Shown in pieces: positions 10,619-18,713 of a DNA stretch of 64,000 bases (positions are counted from its first letter, which is position 1; every line of letters starts with the position of its first letter). The translations under genes were made by a program, and so were the position numbers. Location: assembly GCA_965279375.1 (NCBI GenBank), contig OZ257156.1, positions 832,001 to 896,000 on the forward strand, written 5' to 3'. Under the pieces are notes generated by a model. That model saw only the letters and a program-made list of their open reading frames with translations, had not been told where the DNA came from and searched no databases. The stretch is from Gemmatimonas sp. GTDB taxonomy: Bacteria > Gemmatimonadota > Gemmatimonadetes > Gemmatimonadales > Gemmatimonadaceae.

Positions 10619-11713
10619 ATGCTTCGTCTCACCGACCGCGGCCTCTACTGCGAGGCCGCGGATTGCTACATCGATCCGTGGTTGCCCGTGCCGCGTGCGC
10701 TCATCACGCACGCGCACGGGGATCATCTGCGCTGGGGATGCGAGCACTATCTCCTCGCCGCACCTGGAGCAGGCGTCGCGCGCGAACGGCTTGGGCAGTA
10801 TGCCAGTCGTATGGAGACCGTCGCGTATGGCGAGACGCGCGTCATCAATGGTGTGCGCGTGTCTTTTCACCCCGCCGGCCACATCCTGGGCTCTGCACAG
10901 ATTCGCCTCGAGCACCAGGGCGAGGTGTGGGTCGTCTCGGGCGACTACAAGACCGACCCGGATCCCACCTGTGCGCCGTGGGAGCCGGTGCGCTGCCACA
11001 CCTTCATCACCGAAAGCACCTTCGGTCTGCCGGTGTATCGATGGCCGTCGCAGCGGGTCGTCTTTGACGACATCAATGCGTGGTGGCGCGACAACGCCGA
11101 GTCTGGGCGTGTGTCGCTGTTGTACGGATACGCACTGGGCAAAGCGCAGCGCATGCTGGCGGGGCTCGACGAGAGCATCGGCCCGATTCTTACGCACGGC
11201 GCGGTCGAGAAGATGACGCAATGCTATCGCGACGCGGGAATCGCGATGCCGCCGACCACGTACGCGACGCTCGCACAGAAATCAGAGCAGAAGTCGGACG
11301 GCTGGTCGCGCGCGATCGTGGTCGCACCGCCTTCCACCGATGGCTCGACGTGGGCGCGACGGTTCGGTGCGTACTCTGCCGCGTTCGCCAGTGGATGGAT
11401 GCTGGTGCGAGGTGCGCGGCGTCGGCGCAGCGTGGACCGCGGCTTCGTGTTGTCCGATCACGTGGACTGGCCGCAGCTTCTCTCGGCGATCGATGCCACC
11501 GGCGCCGAGCGGGTTTGGGTAACCCACGGTTTCACTGGTCCCGTGGTACGATGGCTGCGCGAGCGCGGGCTCGACGCGCAGGCCATCGCGACACGGTTTG
11601 AAGGCGAGCGAGACGACGCCGATCCGCCAGTCGATGCCGGAGCACCGACGGCGATCGATGGGACTACCGAGACGACGGTCGAAGCGTCGGACGGTACTGC
11701 AACGGAACGTTAA
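10619..11713 (+). CDS. Ligase-associated DNA damage response exonuclease (MBL/beta-CASP fold)
   Basis: YIDPW, THAHGDH, AGHILGS, SGDYK, ESTFG, YALGKAQR, FASGWM, SDHVD, THG motifs; ligase/helicase/PdeM genes nearby. Confidence 0.93.
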   Translation: MLRLTDRGLYCEAADCYIDPWLPVPRALITHAHGDHLRWGCEHYLLAAPGAGVARERLGQYASRMETVAYGETRVINGVRVSFHPAGHILGSAQIRLEHQGEVWVVSGDYKTDPDPTCAPWEPVRCHTFITESTFGLPVYRWPSQRVVFDDINAWWRDNAESGRVSLLYGYALGKAQRMLAGLDESIGPILTHGAVEKMTQCYRDAGIAMPPTTYATLAQKSEQKSDGWSRAIVVAPPSTDGSTWARRFGAYSAAFASGWMLVRGARRRRSVDRGFVLSDHVDWPQLLSAIDATGAERVWVTHGFTGPVVRWLRERGLDAQAIATRFEGERDDADPPVDAGAPTAIDGTTETTVEASDGTATER

Positions 11714-11799
11714 CGCCGAGTTACGGTTGCAGGAGCGGTAGCACGATCGCCAGCGCGAGCGCAATCCCGAAGAGCGGGACGATCAGTCGTGCACGTGAG

Positions 11800-12573
11800 T
11801 CAGCCATGCCGGAGTGCCGTGCGGCGGCGCTTGGCGATCAGCACACCGGCGAGTCCGGCAGCCATCAGCGCATACGTGGACGGCTCGGGAACCGTGGTGG
11901 TGGGCGGCGCGGCGGTAATGCTGACGTCGTAGTTGTCGAGCAGCGTCAGGATGTCGACCGATGTGCAGGTCCGCCCAACCGCGGCGTTGCACACACCGCC
12001 GGCGAAGAAGCGGTAGCCAAAGTCGATGACGCCGCCGGTGGCCGAGAAATCGGGCGCGCTCGTACCGGTCGGATCGCTCCAGTTATCTGTTGGCAGGAAG
12101 CTGAAGCTGACGCGCGACCAACCGGCGTTGACGACCGGCGCTGCGAGGTCAGATCCGGTGACGCCATACGTCACGCCGTTCTGGCGAATTGCCGGGCGAT
12201 AGAATCCGCCGGCACCGTTGGCAAATCCGGCAAAGGTCTTGAGATCGAAGCCGAAGGTCAGCGCCGTGATCGCGCCGTTCGTGGCCGGGTTGTAGGTGAA
12301 GGTGGTGTTGATGTTGGTGGCGGTGAATGCTGCTTGCCCACCACCGCCGGCCAGCGTCGGCACATGCACGTTTGCGCGGAGCATGCTGCCCGGATTGCCG
12401 CCACCTGCGTTCACCGTGAAGAGGCTGTTCATCCCCGGACTCTGGCCCTGGATGGAGAGTGACCAGTCGGTGAGGACGAAATCGCCCTGCGAGTAGCTGA
12501 CGTTCTGGGCGCCGGCGGTGGAAGCAAGGGCGGTGATGGCAACGGCGCATGCGGCGCGGATGGTACGGGACAC
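11800..12573 (-). CDS. PEP-CTERM sorting domain surface protein
   Basis: GTG start after GGAGG; signal peptide (ASTAGA-Q); C-terminal VPEPSTYALMAAGLAGVLIAKRRR. Confidence 0.92.
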   Translation of the reverse strand: MSRTIRAACAVAITALASTAGAQNVSYSQGDFVLTDWSLSIQGQSPGMNSLFTVNAGGGNPGSMLRANVHVPTLAGGGGQAAFTATNINTTFTYNPATNGAITALTFGFDLKTFAGFANGAGGFYRPAIRQNGVTYGVTGSDLAAPVVNAGWSRVSFSFLPTDNWSDPTGTSAPDFSATGGVIDFGYRFFAGGVCNAAVGRTCTSVDILTLLDNYDVSITAAPPTTTVPEPSTYALMAAGLAGVLIAKRRRTALRHG

Positions 12574-12633
12574 GCAGACCTCCGGGTACGGCGGCTGAGA
12601 GGGCGAACAAGAGTGAGGGCGAACGGCTCATGC

Positions 12634-12665
12634 TTCAACCGCACGGGCCGGGCTCCGTTTCTCAC
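12634..12665 (-). promoter_or_regulatory. Candidate ECF-sigma promoter for the PEP-CTERM gene (GAAAC-N17-GTT)
   Basis: Minus strand reads GTGAGAAAC-ggagcccggcccgtgcg-GTTGAA, i.e. AAC-N17-GTT, about 60 bp upstream of the start and adjacent to an ECF gene. Confidence 0.4.
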
Positions 12666-12769
12666 GGGCGCCACAGTTCGTCCGTGCTGTGGCACCCGAG
12701 CAACAGCTCTCGCGCTTGAGCTCGCCGCGAGGCACACTCCCTCGAGCCGAACCTCCCATTTCCGTCTCG

Positions 12770-13351
12770 ATGTCGTCAGCCGATCCGTCCACCCAAGCGA
12801 AGGCAACAGCGGACCACGTAGTCGACCTCCGGTCGGCGGCGCTGGAGCGCGTGCTGCTCAAGTACGGCTCGGCGGTGCGGCGATCGGCGCGGGCGCGAGG
12901 GCTGCATGAGGCGGATGTGGATGAGGTGCTGCAGGACGTGCGGGTGCGATTGTGGAAGTCGGACAGCGACGCTGAGAAACTGGACGGGCTCAATACGTCC
13001 TACATACAACGGGTGGCGATGTCGGCGGCGATCGACCTGCTGCGCCGTCGCCGTGCACGACGAGAAGAGTCCATCGACGATGCGCACGCACAGCCGGAGA
13101 CACCGGCGGTGTTGCGGGTGCCGTCGCCGGATCGATCAGACGATGAGGCGTTGGCGCATCGGCTGGAGTTGGCGCTGGCGCAGCTTCCGCGCAATCGACG
13201 ACTGTGTGTGCAGTTGCACCTGGAGGGTTACTCGCGCGACGAGATCGCCTCGATGACGGGGTGGACTGAACCGAAGGTGCGCAATCTGATGTATCGCGGC
13301 CTCGACGAGCTTCGCGCGTTGTTGCGCGATGCGGCAACGCAGGCACCATGA
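12770..13351 (+). CDS. ECF-type RNA polymerase sigma-70 factor
   Basis: Region 2 (DVDEVLQDVRVRLWK, A.SAAIDLLRRRR) and region 4.2 (LAQLPRNRR...LEGYSRDEIASMTG..E.KVRNLMYRGLDELR). Start uncertain (12689 or 12770). Confidence 0.9.
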   Translation: MSSADPSTQAKATADHVVDLRSAALERVLLKYGSAVRRSARARGLHEADVDEVLQDVRVRLWKSDSDAEKLDGLNTSYIQRVAMSAAIDLLRRRRARREESIDDAHAQPETPAVLRVPSPDRSDDEALAHRLELALAQLPRNRRLCVQLHLEGYSRDEIASMTGWTEPKVRNLMYRGLDELRALLRDAATQAP

Positions 13352-13354
13352 TTC

Positions 13355-14065
13355 TTGCATGACGCTTCCACGATGACGGACGACGAACTCACACGCGCAT
13401 ACGACGCACTGCGTCGTCAACGGCAGGCCCGCCCCGCCGTGGCGCCGCCGTCGCTCGACGCGTTGCAGTCACTCGCGGAGAATCAGACAGCAGCGTCCGA
13501 GCGTGAAGCGCTGTTGGAGCGCGTGCTCGAAAGCGGCGCATCCGATGAACTGGCGCTGCTGCACAGCATTGCGTCGGGTACAACGGCCACGGCGACGGCG
13601 GTCAGCGACGCGCGCACTTCCAACGCGCGCCACGGCAGCGGGACACCCTCGTGGACGCGCTGGTGGCCGGCAGCGGCGGCAGCGGCCGTCGTGCTGGCGG
13701 TCGGACTTCCGATGGTGCGACGAGGCGGCAACGCGCCGGTTCCGGCAACAGCGGAGCAGCCTCGCTTTCGCGGTGCAGAGTCCACTGGCGCGCCCACGCT
13801 CCTCGCACCGGCCAACGAGGCCGTGTTGCCGGCAGACCAGCGCTTTGTCTGGTCATCAGTGACGGATGCCACGCAGTACGAGATCGAACTGGTGGACGCC
13901 GATGGCCAACTCGTGCTGGCCTTCACGGCGACGGATACCACCGCGCCACTGCCCGTTGGCAGCTCTGACGCACAGCGTGCCCGCGCGCGCGGATGGACAG
14001 TGTCCGCACGCCTTCGTGACGGCGGCGTGCAGCGCAGTGCGCTCCGACTACTCCGCGCCCCCTAA
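13355..14065 (+). CDS. Putative single-pass anti-sigma factor with extracytoplasmic beta-sandwich domain
   Basis: Begins 3 nt after the sigma stop; ASD-like N-terminus lacking Zn ligands (PSLDALQSLAE...EREALLERV); TM WWPAAAAAAVVLAVGLPMV; PRFRG then LLAP...FVWSSV.DA.QY.IEL (Fn3-like). Start may be a slightly later ATG. Confidence 0.7.
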   Translation: MHDASTMTDDELTRAYDALRRQRQARPAVAPPSLDALQSLAENQTAASEREALLERVLESGASDELALLHSIASGTTATATAVSDARTSNARHGSGTPSWTRWWPAAAAAAVVLAVGLPMVRRGGNAPVPATAEQPRFRGAESTGAPTLLAPANEAVLPADQRFVWSSVTDATQYEIELVDADGQLVLAFTATDTTAPLPVGSSDAQRARARGWTVSARLRDGGVQRSALRLLRAP

Positions 14066-16957
14066 CCAACGACCGATGGCCGTCGTCCAACGCGCCCAGA
14101 GACCGGGCGCGCGTGGTCGCAGAGTCACCCGCAACGTGGGATCGCCAAAGTACTCGAGGTTGGCCCATAGCGCGGGCGACAGGCCACGACGCTGCGCATC
14201 GCGTCGTACCGCGTGCAGCGCGGCAATCGCATCATCGCCATTGAGCAACCTGCGATAGAACGCGTCCATCAGTGGCACGACGGCCGCGTCGTCGAGTCGC
14301 CACCGCGTCGCCACCACCCCACGCGCGCCCGCATCGAGCGCGGTGCTCACCAACCCGTGCAGCGCCTGGCCGCTCACCAGGAGTCCGTTGCTGCTCGCGC
14401 ACGCCGACAGTACCACCAAATCGAACGCCAACGGCTGTGCCGCGAGCTCGGACCCGGAGAACAGTCCGGCCTGAGAGACTGACTGCGAGCCTGTCGACTG
14501 CACCACGATACCACTGCCGTCATACGACTCGGCGTCGGCCACAGCGTGCGTCGCCACATGCAAGAGCGCACCACCATCGCGCAGGCGTCGCGAGAATCCA
14601 TCGCGCGTGACGGCATCACCGTCCAGCAGCACACTGCCGTCGAGCATGCGCGCAACGGCGCGCGCTTCTGCATGGGCGCCCGGGAGCGCGACCCACGGTG
14701 TCGTCGCCCCGGGCATCATCGGCATGACATTCGGCGCGCCAACGATCACGGCGCGAGGCGCCTTGCCGTTGTTCGCACTGCCTGCAGCGCGACGCGATAC
14801 CAGCACCGCTCCGCCGAGCGCGTCTTCAACCGACGGCGCGATGGAGATCTCGGTGCGTGTGAGAAGAGAGGTGCCATCCGGCAGCGACAGCGCCGCGAAT
14901 GGCAGTCGATGCAGCGCGCCGTCAGGCACCACGACGAGACGCGTCACTGTGCTCGGCAGGCGCCGCAGCAACGGATCGAGCAACGCCTCAGACAACGCGC
15001 GCGATAGCGACGCCGACAACTGTCCCGCCTGCAGAAAGCCGTTGAAGCGATCGAGGCGTGCTACCAGGCTGTCGATTGGCGCGAGTTGAACACTGAGCAG
15101 CGTATCGCGCGTGAGCAGAAACGCCGTCGTGGGTTCTCCACCCTGTCCTACGATGTAGCTGATCACCCCAAGCGACGGCCCGAGTCGCGCGCGAGCGAGC
15201 GTTGGCAGACGCCTGATGTCGAGCGTGTCGGCACTGAGCGACCTGACGACGATGCCCGATTGATCGGCGCGCTCAATGGCGAACGCACCGCGCTGGAGCG
15301 CCTGCTGTTCCATGCTGCGCAGTCGCCGCCACTCGGCGATGGCCATCGCTTCGGCGGTGCGGTCCGATGTGGCGAAACGCGCGACCGTGGTGGCCAGTCC
15401 GAGATCGATGTCCCAGTCGAAGTGGCGATCCTGCAGTGCGGAGAGTTGGTCTTCCCGCAACGCTCGTGTGCCGCGCCACCCGTCGATGACGCGCTGCGCC
15501 TGCTGGAAGTCGCGCCATGCCGCATTCAGGTCTCCGGCTGCCGCGTCGGTCTCGGCGGCTCGTGTGAGCACTTCAAAGCGAGACGGTCCGTCGAACTGTC
15601 GAGCTGGTTCGAGCAGCTGCTGCCAACCTGCTCTCGCAGCAGCGTAGTCGCCGCGCGACATCGCGAGCAACGCCCGTGTGTACAGTTGCTCGTTGTCGGC
15701 CTCGTTCATGTTGCGTTGACGTGCGAGCGCGGCCGCGCTGTCGAGCAGATGCGCGCTCAACTCGAGCCGATGCTGCTGCCGCGCGATCTCGGCGCGTGCC
15801 AGCGTTGCGCTGACGCGCACAGCCAGCGAGACAGCGTCGCTGGTGGCCACCAGTGCAATGAAGGCCGAGTCCGCCCGCGCGAGGTCGCCACGACGCAGTG
15901 CGCTCTCCGCATACGTACGATCGGCGTAGGCCAGGCCAAGGCGATCGTTCGCCGCGAGAAACGACGTACGTGCTCGCAGGAGCAGCCTTGACGCTTCTCC
16001 CCAATTGCCGGTGCGGTATGCGATCTGTCCAAGGTTGAGCGTCGCCCAGGAGTCGGCACCGGGCGTTTCGAGCGTTGCCGCGATGCGCAACGACTCGTGC
16101 AGCACCTCTCGTGCCGCGCGGTAGTGTCCGCCCCACATGTAGATGCTCCCGCGCCACTGCAGCGTCGCGGCAAGACCCGAGCGCAGTCCCGTCGCACGTT
16201 GCACGGCCGCCAACGTATCGAGCACGGGATAGACGCTGTCTGCGATGCCCAGCGACTCGAGGTACTGCGCCTGCACGAAGAGGCACTCCGCGTATACGCG
16301 TGGGCCCTGCGCACTCGCTTCCGCGCGGGCGCGATGCCATGTGCTGTCGCGCAGCTTCTCGCGAGCGCGCGCGCGGAGCTGCAGCGCGGTACACGACTGC
16401 CGCGCTCGGAGCCACGCATCGCTCGCGGGTGTTGCACGCTCCGACGCGCGCAGCACCGCGCGCGCCGAGTCGAAGCCGATGCCGCGCAACGTCAGTGAGG
16501 CCTGTGCAAGCAGGACCTCCGCATATCCCGAGGAATCGCCGAGCTGCAGCAGTCGCCGCCCGATGGCCTGCACCGCGGCTTGCGCCTTGAGATAGCCCAG
16601 ACTCCCGCTCGTGACCGCGACGGCGCCGAACGCGGCGTGTGCCGCTGCACGACTGCTGCTGTCGTCTCGCGCAATGCGAGCGTACCACCGTTCCGCGTCG
16701 ACGAACTTGAAGTCGACCCGCGCCAGCGTGCCCTCCAACAGCGGACGCAGGCTTCGGTCGTTGCCAACGCGCGCGCGCCATCGCTTTCCGGCTTCGGCAA
16801 TGCCCGACGTGTCGGCGTCGCGCACAACCTGACGCACCAGCGTGCCCGGATCGCGCCAGCTCTGCGACGACGCGGCCGCGGTCGGGACCGTCTGGGCGTC
16901 TGCGGGCCGAACCAGCGCCGCTGCCGTTGCCAACGCGAGCGCGATGAGCCGCGCCAT
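14048..16957 (-). CDS. Secreted TPR-CHAT (caspase HetF-associated) cysteine protease
   Basis: Signal peptide MARLIALALATAAALVRPADA-Q; helical TPR-like repeats; CHAT motifs LVVVPDGALHRLPFAAL, LPGAHAEA, LHVATHA (His), VVLSACAS (Cys), GARGVVATRW, FYRRL, WA...FGD. Confidence 0.92.
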   Translation of the reverse strand: MARLIALALATAAALVRPADAQTVPTAAASSQSWRDPGTLVRQVVRDADTSGIAEAGKRWRARVGNDRSLRPLLEGTLARVDFKFVDAERWYARIARDDSSSRAAAHAAFGAVAVTSGSLGYLKAQAAVQAIGRRLLQLGDSSGYAEVLLAQASLTLRGIGFDSARAVLRASERATPASDAWLRARQSCTALQLRARAREKLRDSTWHRARAEASAQGPRVYAECLFVQAQYLESLGIADSVYPVLDTLAAVQRATGLRSGLAATLQWRGSIYMWGGHYRAAREVLHESLRIAATLETPGADSWATLNLGQIAYRTGNWGEASRLLLRARTSFLAANDRLGLAYADRTYAESALRRGDLARADSAFIALVATSDAVSLAVRVSATLARAEIARQQHRLELSAHLLDSAAALARQRNMNEADNEQLYTRALLAMSRGDYAAARAGWQQLLEPARQFDGPSRFEVLTRAAETDAAAGDLNAAWRDFQQAQRVIDGWRGTRALREDQLSALQDRHFDWDIDLGLATTVARFATSDRTAEAMAIAEWRRLRSMEQQALQRGAFAIERADQSGIVVRSLSADTLDIRRLPTLARARLGPSLGVISYIVGQGGEPTTAFLLTRDTLLSVQLAPIDSLVARLDRFNGFLQAGQLSASLSRALSEALLDPLLRRLPSTVTRLVVVPDGALHRLPFAALSLPDGTSLLTRTEISIAPSVEDALGGAVLVSRRAAGSANNGKAPRAVIVGAPNVMPMMPGATTPWVALPGAHAEARAVARMLDGSVLLDGDAVTRDGFSRRLRDGGALLHVATHAVADAESYDGSGIVVQSTGSQSVSQAGLFSGSELAAQPLAFDLVVLSACASSNGLLVSGQALHGLVSTALDAGARGVVATRWRLDDAAVVPLMDAFYRRLLNGDDAIAALHAVRRDAQRRGLSPALWANLEYFGDPTLRVTLRPRAPGLWARWTTAIGRWLGGAE

Positions 16958-17114
16958 GGCGAAGGCTACCCCCGCAGCGGCCGGTGACGACGAGGGCGCG
17001 ACGGTGGAGCGTTTGCGCAGAGGGCCGACCAGGAGCATGGCGTGAAAGTGCAGCAACGGCGCGGAGACTGTCGAGGGCACGCGGGGGTTGGACGCGGAGG
17101 TATCATGTGCAGAC

Positions 17115-18713
17115 ATGCGACGCTTTGCTGCCCTGTACGACGCCATCGACCGCACCACCGCAACGAGCGCAAAGGTTGCGGCGCTGGTGGCGTATCTGCG
17201 CGTGGCTCCGCCCGACGATGCGGCGTGGGCGGTGTCGTTCCTGCTGGGCCGTCGCCCCAAGCGCACGGTGCGCGCGCCCGATGTGAGGCGCTGGGCCGCG
17301 GAGGAGGCCGCCATTCCGGACTGGCTCTTCGAGGAGTGTTACGCCCAGGTGGGGGATCTGGCCGAAACGATCGCGCTGCTGATCCCCGAGTCGGGCGCGG
17401 CGGAGGATCGGCCGTTGCGGTGGTGGGTGGAAACGCAGCTGCTCGCGCTTCCCACGCTCGAACCACAGCAGCAGCGCGACACGCTGGCGGCGGCATGGTC
17501 TGCGCTCGACGGCTCGGCACGCTTCGTCTTCAACAAGCTGCTGACCGGCGCATTTCGTGTGGGCGTTTCCGACGGGCTCGTCGTCCGTGCGCTGGCCGAG
17601 GTCAGTGGCGTGGCCAAGGAGACCATCGCGCACCGGTTGATGGGGCAGTGGGAGCCAAGCCCGGAGTGGTTCACTCAGTTGATCGGCATGGAAACGACCG
17701 ACGCGGACTGGAGCCGACCGTATCCGTTTCTGCTGGCGTATCCGCTGGACGGTGAGCCTGACACGTTGGGCGACATCGCCGAGTGGAGTGCGGAGTGGAA
17801 GTGGGACGGTATTCGCGCACAGCTCGTGCGCCGTCGCGGTCGCACGCTTCTCTGGAGCCGCGGCGAAGAGCTGCTCGCCGGTCGATTTCCTGAAATCGAA
17901 GCTGCCGCGGAGTGGCTGCCCGATGGCACCGTGCTGGACGGCGAGCTGCTGGCATGGCGCGACAATCGGCCGCTGCCGTTCACCGAGCTGCAACGGCGGA
18001 TTAACCGCAAGACAGTGGGCAAGAAGCTGCTGAGCGACGTGCCCTGTCACCTGCTGGTGTACGATTGCCTCGAGGCGGCGGGCGTTGACGTTCGCACCAA
18101 CTCGTTGGAGGATCGGCGGGCAAGTGCGCAGCAGCTGCTCTCCGCGTTACCCGCAGGAGCACCGATCGGTGCGTCTCCCGTGCTCAGCGCGGATTCGTGG
18201 GAGGCGCTGCGCGACGCGCGCACGCAATCGCGCGAGGCGGTCGCCGAAGGGTTGATGCTCAAGCGCCGCGCGTCGACGTACGGCGTCGGACGCAAGGTTG
18301 GCGATTGGTACAAGTGGAAGGTGGCGCCGCTGACGGTTGATGCCGTACTGGTGTACGCGCAGGCGGGGCACGGTCGCCGTGCTGGATTGTTCACCGACTA
18401 CACCTTTGCTGTGTGGGACGGCGACGCGCTGGTGCCCTTTGCCAAGGCCTACTCGGGGCTGTCCGATGCAGAGATTCGCGAGGTGGATCGCTTCGTGAGG
18501 CAGCACACGCTGGAGAAGTTCGGTCCGGTGCGCACGGTGCAACCCGAGTTGGTCTTCGAGCTGGCGTTTGAAGGCATTCAGCTGAGCACTCGGCACAAGA
18601 GTGGCATCGCGGTGCGCTTTCCACGCATCGCTCGCTGGCGCAAGGACAAGCGGGTACGCGAAGCGGACACTCTCACGAGTGTGCGCGCACTGCTGGCGAG
18701 CAACGCTCGATGA
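17115..18713 (+). CDS. ATP-dependent DNA ligase (ligase-associated DNA damage response cluster)
   Basis: EWKWDGIRAQ (motif I), LDGEL, YDCLE, EGLMLK, WYKWK, AVRFPRIARWR.DK. Confidence 0.95.
   Translation: MRRFAALYDAIDRTTATSAKVAALVAYLRVAPPDDAAWAVSFLLGRRPKRTVRAPDVRRWAAEEAAIPDWLFEECYAQVGDLAETIALLIPESGAAEDRPLRWWVETQLLALPTLEPQQQRDTLAAAWSALDGSARFVFNKLLTGAFRVGVSDGLVVRALAEVSGVAKETIAHRLMGQWEPSPEWFTQLIGMETTDADWSRPYPFLLAYPLDGEPDTLGDIAEWSAEWKWDGIRAQLVRRRGRTLLWSRGEELLAGRFPEIEAAAEWLPDGTVLDGELLAWRDNRPLPFTELQRRINRKTVGKKLLSDVPCHLLVYDCLEAAGVDVRTNSLEDRRASAQQLLSALPAGAPIGASPVLSADSWEALRDARTQSREAVAEGLMLKRRASTYGVGRKVGDWYKWKVAPLTVDAVLVYAQAGHGRRAGLFTDYTFAVWDGDALVPFAKAYSGLSDAEIREVDRFVRQHTLEKFGPVRTVQPELVFELAFEGIQLSTRHKSGIAVRFPRIARWRKDKRVREADTLTSVRALLASNAR

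Noticed and set aside
11714..17114. Transposon or integrative element carrying the CHAT module
   Set aside because: No transposase, integrase, terminal inverted repeats or convincing direct repeats visible at the junctions.
16958..17314. N-terminal extension of the CHAT ORF overlapping the ligase
   Set aside because: Overlaps the ligase on the opposite strand; a clean signal peptide starts at 16957.
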